Assembly (NCBI GenBank): GCA_965261165.1
Contig: OZ253445.1
Location: 93,965 to 157,964, forward strand
DNA from: Gammaproteobacteria bacterium
GTDB lineage: Bacteria; Pseudomonadota; Gammaproteobacteria; Eutrophobiales; Eutrophobiaceae
DNA: 64,000 nucleotides
Reading direction: 5' to 3'
Made by a program: the position numbers and the translations under genes
The notes under the pieces: model-generated
The model's input: only the letters and a program-made list of their open reading frames with translations
Told to the model about the DNA's origin: nothing
Databases searched by the model: none
In this document: positions 1-9,121 of the stretch, piece after piece
How the letters are laid out: every line of letters begins with the position of its first letter
Position numbering within the stretch: the stretch's first letter is position 1

Positions 1-647
1 TCTTAAATATCAAGGAAAAAGTCGTGCATGGAGAGCGCAGTGTGTATGTGATAGATGTTATTTTAGAAATGCGTAAGCAGGGGTGGTTGTGGACCGAAGA
101 GCTGATATGGCACAAAAAAAATTGCTATCCGGGGAAATGGCCTAATCGTTTTCGCGATGCGTGGGAACGGTTACTTCAATTTAATAAAGATAGAAAATTT
201 AATATGTATCAGGAGGAAGTGATGGTTCCAATGGGGGATTGGGCAAATTCAAGATTAAAAAACCTTTCCGAAACAGATAAAACTCGTGATATTTCAAAAG
301 TAGGTAGCGGTTTCGGCAAAAATATTTCAAATTGGCTTGAGCGAGACAAGGCGTATCCAACCAATGTGTTGCATTTAGCGACCGAATGCAACAACAAGCA
401 TCATAGTGCAACATTCCCGGCGGATTTGCCGCGCTGGTTTATCAAATTGTTCACGCAAGAAAATGATTTGGTGCTTGATCCTTTTATGGGTTCGGGGACA
501 ACATTAATTGTTGCTAATCAAATGAGACGAAATTCGATAGGTATTGACATTGTTCCTGAATATTGTGAAATGCTAAAAAGCCGACTAAATCCAATTGAGA
601 TGCATCGATGCGACCCAAAGACAAAACATGAATCCATTAAATATTAG
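1..647 (+). CDS. Site-specific DNA methyltransferase (N4/N6, beta class), 5' end outside the window
   Basis: IWHK, HSATFP and VLDPFMGSGTT motifs; frame is open upstream of position 24 to the window edge; overlaps the following REase gene. Confidence 0.9.
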   Translation, partial: LNIKEKVVHGERSVYVIDVILEMRKQGWLWTEELIWHKKNCYPGKWPNRFRDAWERLLQFNKDRKFNMYQEEVMVPMGDWANSRLKNLSETDKTRDISKVGSGFGKNISNWLERDKAYPTNVLHLATECNNKHHSATFPADLPRWFIKLFTQENDLVLDPFMGSGTTLIVANQMRRNSIGIDIVPEYCEMLKSRLNPIEMHRCDPKTKHESIKY

Positions 648-1383
648 CGATGTGTCGGCTTATGTTGAAAATAACATCAGTGTTTTTCATCAAAAACGCA
701 TACGAAGTCTTGATACATTAAAACTGTCAAAGGTACTTAAGCGGAAAAACCCATATTTGTTCAAAGCCAAATATGTTTTAACTACTGAGCAAATCATAAA
801 AGGGTCAGTGAATGCACATATATCCTCAAATGAAGAAACCATTTTTGGAGATTGGCTGGAAGGACTGGCTATTTTTGTTAACGATAAAGTTTATGGTGGT
901 CGTAAATCGGGCATCACCGGCATTGACCTTGAGTTTGACGCTAACAAAAAACGATACCTTGTTGCAATTAAATCTGGGCCGAATTGGGGCAATAGCTCGC
1001 AAATAATCAAAATGAAAAATGATTTCATCACGGCAAAGAAAGCATTAAGAACCAGTAATTCCCAGCTCAACATCGTTGCTGTCAATGGTTGTTGCTATGG
1101 CAAAGACAATAATCCAGATAAAGGCGGATATTTCAAATATTGCGGTCAGCAATTTTGGTGTTTTATTTCAGGTGACAACCAGTTATTCGCAAAAATTATT
1201 GAACCGATTGGTTATCAAGCCAAAGAAAGAAACAATGATTTTTTAACCGTGTATTCACAGATGATCAATAAATTTTCTAAAGAATTTGCCGAGATGTTTT
1301 GTAAGAATAATGGCGAGATTGATTGGGATGAGCTTGTTCGTTTCAATTCTGCGGCAGAAAAAACAAAAGAAAAAGCAAAATAA
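628..1383 (+). CDS. Type II restriction endonuclease, PmeII-like family
   Basis: LKRKNPYLF, SSNEETIFGDWLEGLA, GIDLEF and IKSGPNWGN motifs; likely ATG at 628; coupled to the MTase. Confidence 0.8.
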   Translation: MNPLNISDVSAYVENNISVFHQKRIRSLDTLKLSKVLKRKNPYLFKAKYVLTTEQIIKGSVNAHISSNEETIFGDWLEGLAIFVNDKVYGGRKSGITGIDLEFDANKKRYLVAIKSGPNWGNSSQIIKMKNDFITAKKALRTSNSQLNIVAVNGCCYGKDNNPDKGGYFKYCGQQFWCFISGDNQLFAKIIEPIGYQAKERNNDFLTVYSQMINKFSKEFAEMFCKNNGEIDWDELVRFNSAAEKTKEKAK

Positions 1384-1403
1384 ACATAAACAATTACCCG
1401 CTT

Positions 1404-1415
1404 AAGACCTTTGCA
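1404..1415 (+). mobile_element. IS5/IS1106-like left terminal repeat (AAGACCTTTGCA)
   Basis: 11/12 match to the reverse complement of the TGCAAAGGTCTC ends at 14279-14290 and 44992-45003. Confidence 0.65.
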
Positions 1416-1568
1416 CTTGTGCCCTGTGGGTACTTGTGCCCTGTGGGTACTTGTGCCCTGTGGGTACTTGTGCCCTGTGGGTACTTGTGCCCTGTGGGTA
1501 CTTGTGCCCTGTGGGTACTTGTGCCCTGTGGGTACTTGTGCCCTGTGGGTACTTGTGCCCTGTGGGTA
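1416..1568 (+). repeat. Perfect tandem repeat, 9 x 17 bp (CTTGTGCCCTGTGGGTA)
   Basis: Read directly; no spacers; explains the 17-aa periodic spurious ORFs. Confidence 0.97.
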
Positions 1569-1659
1569 TAAATCAAAATACTGGCAGAAGAAAGAGCCTT
1601 GTTGAAAAAACTAGCTCGGCGTATTCTGAAACCATTTTTCATTTGCAAGCAAAATAGCA

Positions 1660-2440
1660 ATGGCATTGGCTCAAGAGCAACTAGAAGCGGTTAAGCAGAC
1701 GATTAAAAATCGTTTGCAAGATAAATTTAACGCTTACAATCCAAGCCCAGCGGTGATGCCGTTTCATACTCGATTGCTCGGCAAAGACCGGCTGGCACTT
1801 TATTCTTTTCATACATTCCCTGAATACTAATTTTGATACAACCATTTTTGAACCGGTGGCAGTATCACTAGCCGCCAGCAGGTTTAAGGTTGTAAAGCCG
1901 CAGGCAAAATCGGGCACACGAATAAGTGCTGATGCTCAAGCTGAAATCCAGAAAATAATGGATGACTTGACGACCGCAACTAAAATTCCTGATAAAACAG
2001 CCGAAATAGAAAGCATTAGACAAGTTTGTCAAACAGGACAGATTAGAACGGTTAAACCAACCAGAGTCGATGTCTATCTTGAAAGCAATGCCGGAGAAAT
2101 ATACCTCATTGATCTAAAAACTGCCAAACCAAACAAAGGTGGATTTAAGGAATATAAGCGGACACTTTTAGAATGGGTCGCAGCTGCTTTATTGCAAAAC
2201 CCAGCAGCAAAAATTCATACCCTGATTGCTATACCATACAATCCCTATGCGCCAAAACCATATAGTCGCTGGACAATGGCGGGTATGCTTGATTTAGATA
2301 ATGAATTAAAAGTTGCCGAAGAGTTTTGGGATTTTCTCGGTGGTGATGGGGCTTATAATGACTTGTTAGATTGTTTCGAGTGTGTGGGGATTGAGCTGTG
2401 CGCTGAAATTGATGAATATTTTCAACAGTTTAATAAATAA
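1660..2440 (+). pseudogene. TdeIII/MjaII-like type II restriction endonuclease, frameshifted
   Basis: ATG 1660 gives MALAQEQ...MPFHTRLLGKDRLALYS; one extra T in the run at 1806-1809; the next frame reads FIHSLNTNFDTTIFEPVA and runs into ORF 1856-2440 (DLKTAKPNKG, IAIPYNPY, EEFWDFLGG). Confidence 0.8.
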
Positions 2441-2470
2441 ATTAGTTCAAACTCAATTAGTTCAAACTCA
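2441..2470. repeat. Direct duplication, 2 x 15 bp (ATTAGTTCAAACTCA)
   Basis: Read directly, immediately after the REase stop codon. Confidence 0.9.
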
Positions 2471-2619
2471 AGCAGAGGGTAAATTATGTAAAGCCCTTGA
2501 ATGGTTCGCATACTTATTTTTCTTCATCATAACAACGGGCTGATACCACTTTGAACTTACTGTGCTGGTAAAGACCCTATTCTGATTGCCTGCCATCTGG
2601 TTGATAACAGATTTTAATT

Positions 2620-3861
2620 TTAAAAAGGTTGCACCTCGACAATAGTCCCTGATTCAACAGAAGTACTTTCCATCGGTAAGATAATGAAACAATTAGCTTG
2701 TGACATGGAGCGCAAAATACCTGAGCCTTGTGCGCCTGTTTTTTTCACTACCCATTGATTGGCTTTATCACGTTCAAGGATGCCGCGTTGATATTCTACG
2801 CGGCCGGGTTTTTTCTTTAATTTCGAGATGCAGGGCACTTGCATGGTAAATGTATCTGTTTTTATTTCTGCCATTAGATATCTGAGAGCAGGTTTAACAA
2901 ATTGTGAGAATGTCACCATCACAGAGACAGGGTTGCCTGGCAAGCCAAAAAAATGGGCATTTTTTATTTTACCAAAGGCCAGTGGTCTCCCGGGTTTTAT
3001 GGCGACTTTCCAGAAATTTACTGTGCCGGTTTCTTGTAGAATTTCTTTTACGTAATCAGCTTCGCCAACAGAGACGCCGCCTGTTGTAATAATGACATCG
3101 GCCTGAGTTGTGGCACTTTCAAAGGCTTGCTGCAGATCTTCGCGATTATCTCGAATGATGCCCATATCTATGATGTTGACATTGAGTTCTGACAGCATAC
3201 CAAACAGGGTGTATCTATTACTGTCGTAGATATTACCATTTTTTAGTTCTTCGCCGATTGAAGATAGTTCGTCACCAGTAGAAAAAAATGCGATACGTAA
3301 TTTACGTGTAACATTTGCTTCGCCAATACCTAATGATGCGATTACTCCAATATCAGCTGAGCTTATTCGAGCGCCTTTTTCTAGCACAACATCTTTAACC
3401 GCAATATCTTCACCTGCCTGCCTTACGTTGGAGCCAGGTTTGATCTCTGAATCAATCAGTATTTCGTCATCTGTTCTTTCAACATGCTCTTGCATAATGA
3501 CCGTGTCAGTAGTATCTGGCATAACTGCGCCTGTCATAATACGGACACATTCACCTTTCCCAACTTTCCCTTGATAAGGTTTTCCAGCGAATGCTGCGCC
3601 AATTATTTTAATTTTCGACGTTTTTTCTTGCGGGATATCTTTTCTGTGTAAGGCATAGCCATCCATTGCTGAGTTAGTTGCCGTAGGGACGTTCAAAGAC
3701 GAGATAATATCTGTTGCCAGGACGCGATTAAGAGATTCTCTTACAGGAACAACTTCAGATTCTGATATGGGTGATATAGCAGTATAGATATGATTTAGCG
3801 CATCGCTTACCATCAGGGAGTTTGGATCAAAATCATCTATGCAACTATTTTGTTTGTTCAT
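2620..3861 (-). CDS. moeA: Molybdopterin molybdotransferase MoeA
   Basis: SAMDGYA, RIMTGA, STGDEL, TTGGVSVG, KPGRP and GLPGNPVS motifs. Confidence 0.95.
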   Translation of the reverse strand: MNKQNSCIDDFDPNSLMVSDALNHIYTAISPISESEVVPVRESLNRVLATDIISSLNVPTATNSAMDGYALHRKDIPQEKTSKIKIIGAAFAGKPYQGKVGKGECVRIMTGAVMPDTTDTVIMQEHVERTDDEILIDSEIKPGSNVRQAGEDIAVKDVVLEKGARISSADIGVIASLGIGEANVTRKLRIAFFSTGDELSSIGEELKNGNIYDSNRYTLFGMLSELNVNIIDMGIIRDNREDLQQAFESATTQADVIITTGGVSVGEADYVKEILQETGTVNFWKVAIKPGRPLAFGKIKNAHFFGLPGNPVSVMVTFSQFVKPALRYLMAEIKTDTFTMQVPCISKLKKKPGRVEYQRGILERDKANQWVVKKTGAQGSGILRSMSQANCFIILPMESTSVESGTIVEVQPF

Positions 3862-3868
3862 TTTTGTT

Positions 3869-4396
3869 TCAGCGCTCGTTGTTCATTATATGCTTACATA
3901 TAAATGTTGCGATTCGTTTCGGGCTGTTAATATCCAGCATAGGCAAGTCTGTTTCAACAGTTAAAGGTTCGTCGGTCGCAATTGCAATGACATTGTTATC
4001 ATTAGGAAAAAATAAGTCATTGCCAAGGGAAGGTCTGACCAGTTCTATCTTTGGGATTGTTTCAAGTTTAAAGCCTTCAACCAATATTAAATCAAGATTA
4101 TCCTGGTCCAGCCGTTGAATATGATCATACAGAGTAAATTTCTGATCTTTCTCAGCATCGACCATAAGTGCCCAACGATTGACCGAACCGATTAACATTT
4201 CACTGGCTCCGGCTTTTTTTAATTTATAACTGTCTTTGCCTGGTTGGTCGATGTCAAAAGCATGATGCGCATGTTTAATGATGCCTATGCGAATGCCTTT
4301 ATCGGAAAGAATGGAGATTAATTTAATTAAAAGCGTGGTTTTCCCAGTGCCACTATATGCAGTGAAGCCGACAAGTGGTGTTTTTATTTTATTCAT
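3869..4396 (-). CDS. mobB: Molybdopterin-guanine dinucleotide biosynthesis protein B
   Basis: SGTGKTT, IKHAHH, DQPGKDS and LVEGFK motifs. Confidence 0.93.
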   Translation of the reverse strand: MNKIKTPLVGFTAYSGTGKTTLLIKLISILSDKGIRIGIIKHAHHAFDIDQPGKDSYKLKKAGASEMLIGSVNRWALMVDAEKDQKFTLYDHIQRLDQDNLDLILVEGFKLETIPKIELVRPSLGNDLFFPNDNNVIAIATDEPLTVETDLPMLDINSPKRIATFICKHIMNNER

Positions 4397-4988
4397 TAAA
4401 CTCTAATTTAAGTTCTAATGTTGTTAGTTCTTCAGCCGAGTTTACGTTTATGAATGTATCTGGCTGCTTGGAAAAATCGGCAATAGCTAAACGATGTTTT
4501 TTGAACCATTTGTCAATTTTACGTTCGCCCTTATTCAAGAATTCAAGTATTGAAGGAAGTAATTCAGATTTCATTAGTGTAAAGACAGGTTGTAATCTTC
4601 CATTAGAATGGGCTGCACAAATTTCTGCATCTTCATCTTGCAATGTTAAATAAAGCTTATGCACCAGATCATCAGATATCAAGGGGGAGTCGCAGGGCAC
4701 AGTGACAACAAAAGGTGTTTTTGCCGCCTGTAAGCCACTAGCCATGCCAGCCAATGGTCCACAGTAGTTTTCAATCAGGTCAGCGACAACGGGATATCCA
4801 TATTTTTCATAGATTTCATGGTTTCTATTTGCATTGATAATAATGTCGTCTACCTGTGATTCAATCGTGTTTAATACATATTCAATCATCGGTTTCCGGG
4901 CAAGCTGGATAAGTCCCTTGTCTTCTCCGCCCATTCGTCTTGCCTGTCCACCGGCAAGGATGATGCCCGTAATATTGCCCGTTGCCAT
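4389..4988 (-). CDS. mobA: Molybdenum cofactor guanylyltransferase
   Basis: ILAGGQARRMGGEDKG, GPLAG, PCDSP and FINVN motifs. Confidence 0.95.
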   Translation of the reverse strand: MATGNITGIILAGGQARRMGGEDKGLIQLARKPMIEYVLNTIESQVDDIIINANRNHEIYEKYGYPVVADLIENYCGPLAGMASGLQAAKTPFVVTVPCDSPLISDDLVHKLYLTLQDEDAEICAAHSNGRLQPVFTLMKSELLPSILEFLNKGERKIDKWFKKHRLAIADFSKQPDTFINVNSAEELTTLELKLEFNE

Positions 4989-4993
4989 CTTGA

Positions 4994-5860
4994 TTATTTC
5001 TGCTGTGTTTGCTTTGTGTTTGCAACTTCAAGTTTATCAGGTAACTCGACATCAAATTCAACATTTTCTGAGCCGTTGTAAATGAGAAAATGCTTGCCCT
5101 TGGCTCTTGAAAATAATGTAACGTCCATATCACGTGCTATTTGCAGACCCATATGTGTAATGCCTGATCGTGAGAGTAGGGTTGGTACGCCCATTTGTGC
5201 GACTTTAATCACCATTTCTGAGGTCAGGCGACCTGTTGTATAGAAAAGTTTGTCTTTACCATCAATATCATTGAGCCACATTTCGCCTGCGATGGCATCA
5301 ACAGCATTATGCCTACCGACATCTTCTTTAAAGGAGAGTATCTCAGTGTTGTGGCACAAAGCGCAGCCATGTACAGCGCCAGCGTTTTTGTAGACATCGT
5401 TGTACGCATTCAAATTTTTTAATGTCGCATAAATATCTGATTGCTTAAATTTATGAGGGGTAATTTGAACGTTATCTAACTGTTCCATTATATTACCAAA
5501 GATGGTGCCTTGGCCACAGCCAGTAGTGACTGTGCGTGTCTCCAGTCGTTCATGCCAATGAGTATTTTTTTCTGTGGTTGTCACGGCGACTGCATTGACA
5601 TCCCAATCCACCTGGACAGATTTGATTTCCCGAATATCATTAAAAAAATCCTGATTTTTAAGGTAACCTAATGCCAGTAATTCGGGTTGGCAACCTAGGG
5701 TCATTAACGTGACGACCTCAAAGCGATCCACATAGATTGTCAGTGGTTGTTCATCAGCAATTTGCATGTTTCGCTGATTTTGATACTCGTCAACAGCGAG
5801 TGTAGCCTGAGTAGGATCTAATCCAGCATCTGTCATCTCTGGATGATAATTTGCGGACAT
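4994..5860 (-). CDS. fdhD: Formate dehydrogenase accessory sulfurtransferase
   Basis: TTGCGQG, GAVHGCAL, EDVGRHNAVD and TGRLTSEMV motifs; start at 5860 lies just past the moaA stop. Confidence 0.93.
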   Translation of the reverse strand: MSANYHPEMTDAGLDPTQATLAVDEYQNQRNMQIADEQPLTIYVDRFEVVTLMTLGCQPELLALGYLKNQDFFNDIREIKSVQVDWDVNAVAVTTTEKNTHWHERLETRTVTTGCGQGTIFGNIMEQLDNVQITPHKFKQSDIYATLKNLNAYNDVYKNAGAVHGCALCHNTEILSFKEDVGRHNAVDAIAGEMWLNDIDGKDKLFYTTGRLTSEMVIKVAQMGVPTLLSRSGITHMGLQIARDMDVTLFSRAKGKHFLIYNGSENVEFDVELPDKLEVANTKQTQQK

Positions 5861-5861
5861 G

Positions 5862-6872
5862 CTATCCGCCAGTGACATTCATATGCCGAAGAATCATTGG
5901 TTTGGCTTCTAGGTTAAAGTCATGGCCCTTAGGTTTAATCTTCATTGAATCACGTATTGCCTGTTTAAGATATTTCATATCTCCGGAATGACTACGAATG
6001 ACATGGCGTAAATCAACCGAATGTTCTTGCCCCAGGCAGAGTAATAATCTTCCTTCACACGTAAGTCGTACACGGTTACATTGCTCACAAAAATTATGAC
6101 TGTGTGGTGAGATAAAACCGATACGGGTTTCAGCATCAGGAATTTTAAAATATTTCGATGGACCGCCTGTACTTTCCGTGGTTGGAATCAGTGTCATGGT
6201 TTTTGCAATATCGATACGTATCTGATCGCTGGAATAATAAACTTTGGCACGATCATGATTATCAATCAGGCCTAGCGGCATTTCTTCGATAAAACTGATA
6301 TCAATATTTTTATCTATGGCGAATTGAACCAGATCTATAATTTCATCATCATTTCTATTTTTAAGGATGACGGCGTTAAGTTTGATGCGTTCAAAACCAA
6401 CATCAAGGGCTGTCTGAATCCCGATTAATACATTTTCAAGCTCACCAGTACGAGTAATACGTTTAAATTTTTCTGCGTCAAGCGAATCAAGACTGATATT
6501 AATGCGTTTTACTCCAGCATCTTTTAATTCCCTTGCTAATTTGGGAAGTTGTGAACCATTTGTGGTTGTCACCAATTCACGCAAGCCAGGTAATTGGCCG
6601 ACATCCCGGAATAATTTAATGATGTTTCTACGAATTAGAGGTTCACCACCTGTGATTCGAATTTTATCAACACCAAGCTCAATAAATGCTTGGCTAATCA
6701 TGGTTAGTTCTTCGAGTGTCAGTAGCTGTGCACGAGGCATAAAATCCATTTTCTCGTCCATGCAATAGACGCAGCGGAAATCGCAGCGGTCAGTGACGGA
6801 AATTCGGACGTAATTTACTGTGCGACCAAATCTGTCGATAAGTTTTTCGCTTGGTTTGTCTGGAGAGGTCAT
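5862..6872 (-). CDS. moaA: GTP 3',8-cyclase MoaA
   Basis: CDFRCVYC radical SAM motif, FCEQCNRVRLT, C-terminal GG. Confidence 0.97.
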   Translation of the reverse strand: MTSPDKPSEKLIDRFGRTVNYVRISVTDRCDFRCVYCMDEKMDFMPRAQLLTLEELTMISQAFIELGVDKIRITGGEPLIRRNIIKLFRDVGQLPGLRELVTTTNGSQLPKLARELKDAGVKRINISLDSLDAEKFKRITRTGELENVLIGIQTALDVGFERIKLNAVILKNRNDDEIIDLVQFAIDKNIDISFIEEMPLGLIDNHDRAKVYYSSDQIRIDIAKTMTLIPTTESTGGPSKYFKIPDAETRIGFISPHSHNFCEQCNRVRLTCEGRLLLCLGQEHSVDLRHVIRSHSGDMKYLKQAIRDSMKIKPKGHDFNLEAKPMILRHMNVTGG

Positions 6873-7108
6873 TTACCTACTATTTGCAGTTAAATTTGAC
6901 TATATAAGTTATTAGCTAATTTTACATTGCTTGCTCTTAGAATGCACTGTAAGCACGCAATTTAGTATACTTCGCCAAGCCAATTTTTGCTGCGTTGCAA
7001 TGCTAAAAGTCAGTTATTTATATGCTGCTAGCTAAGTGTGTTATATTTTGACCTGATTTTGTCGTATAAAATTTAAAACAAACTTAAGCAAAATTATTGG
7101 GGAAGAGC

Positions 7109-8833
7109 ATGGCTGGATTTTTATTAAAAGACCTATTAAAAGACCAAATCGTCGCAAAAGATGGTTTTAATCGTTGGCTGATTATTCCTGCAGCCCTTGG
7201 TATTCACTTATGTATCGGTTCAGTTTACGCATGGAGCCTGTTTAATCCTGCTTTAATAAAACGTATCGGTGTGGTCACTAGTGCTGCAGATGATTGGGCA
7301 TTGAAGAGTGTTGTCTGGGTGTTTACGGTTGCCATTGTTTTCTTGGGACTTGCAGCAGCTATAGCAGGGAAATGGCTAGAAAAGGTAGGGCCGAGAATGG
7401 TCGGTGTCGTTGCAGCATTTTGTTGGGGCGGTGGTTTTATTATAGGCGGCTTAGGCATCGTCTCAGGCCAATTATGGCTATTGTATCTAGGCTACGGTGT
7501 CATAGGCGGTTGCGGCTTAGGCTTAGGCTATGTGTCGCCAGTGAGCACTTTAATAAAATGGTTTCCAGACAGACGTGGCATGGCCACGGGCATGGCAATT
7601 ATGGGATTTGGCGGCGGTGCCATGATTGCAAAGTTTATGATCGATCCTTTCATTAGGTTTTATCATCAGCTTCCTGAATATCTTGGTTCTGTAGACTCAC
7701 TCAACTTAACTATTGAATCAGGGCGCCGCATGATTGAAACCGCGGACGGGTTGAAAGAAGTGGTTGTCATTGGTGCAAATGATGTTGCCAGTATGATCGT
7801 GCAGGGACAGCAAGGTGTTTATCAAGTAGGGACGGGCACTGTTGGTGTTGCCGAAACATTTTTTACGCTTGGCGCCGTCTATTTTGTCATCATGATGTGT
7901 GCTGCTTTTGCCTATCGTTTGCCCGCAGCAGATTGGAAGCCAGAAGGTTGGGAGCCGCCAGAAGAGGGTGAGCATCATGGCAAGATGATTACCATGCATG
8001 ACGTGCATATTGACGAGGCCTTGAAAACACCTCAGTTTTATCAGCTTTGGGTAATGCTCTGTTTTAATGTGACAGCTGGAATTGGGATGATAGCAGTCGC
8101 CAAAACCATGGTCAGTGAAATATTTGGTTCGTCATTACCGAATGTAGTTGATCTAGAATTTGCAGCAACCTATGTTTTTATGCTCAGTGTTTTTAATATG
8201 ATCGGTCGTTTTTTTTGGGCTAGTGCATCAGATTATATTGGTCGTAAAACAACTTATTATGTGTTCTTTGTATTGGGCATTATTCTTTATTCATCGATCC
8301 CCTATACGGCAACCCAAGCAAATATTAATCCATCAATGATTTATCTGGTTTATTTTTATGCCGCGACGATGATTATTTTCACCATGTACGGGGGTGGTTT
8401 CGCAACTATTCCAGCTTACCTTGCGGATGTTTTTGGCACCAAATATGTTGGTGGAATTCACGGACGTTTATTGACTGCCTGGAGTACAGCAGGGGTTCTT
8501 GGTCCTCTGGCAATCACAACTTTACGTGAGAATGCGCTTGGTAAGGCGATTAATAGTCTCATAGAAAAAGCTGATCCTGTTGTTTTTCAGCAAACCTTTG
8601 GCGCTGGTGTTGGGCAGCTGGATGAGCTGATTGCTGCGAAAACAGTGACTATCTCGAAATTAATGGAGATTATGCCTGAGGGGACGATTGACCCAACGCC
8701 AAGTCTGTACAACACAACAATGTATTTAATGGCGGTATTGTTATTTATTGCATTGATTTCGAATGCGATGATGCATCCAGTGCATCCAAAGCACCATATG
8801 ACGGAAGAAGAACTTAAAGCCGCCGATGGCTAG
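7109..8833 (+). CDS. OFA-family MFS transporter (oxalate/formate antiporter-like)
   Basis: CIGSVYAWS, KWFPDRRGMATG and YGGGFATIPAYLAD motifs; multiple TM helices. Confidence 0.85.
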   Translation: MAGFLLKDLLKDQIVAKDGFNRWLIIPAALGIHLCIGSVYAWSLFNPALIKRIGVVTSAADDWALKSVVWVFTVAIVFLGLAAAIAGKWLEKVGPRMVGVVAAFCWGGGFIIGGLGIVSGQLWLLYLGYGVIGGCGLGLGYVSPVSTLIKWFPDRRGMATGMAIMGFGGGAMIAKFMIDPFIRFYHQLPEYLGSVDSLNLTIESGRRMIETADGLKEVVVIGANDVASMIVQGQQGVYQVGTGTVGVAETFFTLGAVYFVIMMCAAFAYRLPAADWKPEGWEPPEEGEHHGKMITMHDVHIDEALKTPQFYQLWVMLCFNVTAGIGMIAVAKTMVSEIFGSSLPNVVDLEFAATYVFMLSVFNMIGRFFWASASDYIGRKTTYYVFFVLGIILYSSIPYTATQANINPSMIYLVYFYAATMIIFTMYGGGFATIPAYLADVFGTKYVGGIHGRLLTAWSTAGVLGPLAITTLRENALGKAINSLIEKADPVVFQQTFGAGVGQLDELIAAKTVTISKLMEIMPEGTIDPTPSLYNTTMYLMAVLLFIALISNAMMHPVHPKHHMTEEELKAADG

Positions 8834-8859
8834 GACATTGCTAATCTTTGTGAGGATGT

Positions 8860-9093
8860 TTGACTAGGTAAATGTTGCAATTAGTGAGTATCATCTGAAA
8901 CTTCTTCCCCTGATGATGAGGGTTTTTCGAAGGCTTCATCAGAGGAAGAAAGCTTGATCTCGGCGACAATGAGACTCTAGTTGTTGCTGGATAACCTTGA
9001 ACAACATAAAGCTTTGCGCTGATGTTAGGTTCCCACTGCTCATTGGGCGCTAATAAAGAGCACTAAAAATTTTCGCTCGGCTTCTGTTGCCAT
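8860..9093 (-). pseudogene. CYTH-domain (class IV adenylate cyclase/triphosphatase) relic with internal deletion
   Basis: ATG 9093 gives MATEAERKFLV (ExERKF motif), then QGY, then LIVAEIKLSSSDEAFEKP..GEEVSDD; stops and frameshifts present. Confidence 0.75.
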
Positions 9094-9121
9094 AAATTGT
9101 CTGGAATAATTTCACATAGAG

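Noticed and set aside
1416-1568. CRISPR array
   Set aside because: Units are contiguous and identical, with no spacers and no cas genes
1394-1666. ORFs 1394-1666, 1411-1605 and 1436-1657
   Set aside because: Artefacts of the stop-free 17-bp repeat
6873-7108. Moco riboswitch or sigma54 promoter upstream of moaA
   Set aside because: I could not identify the conserved motifs by eye
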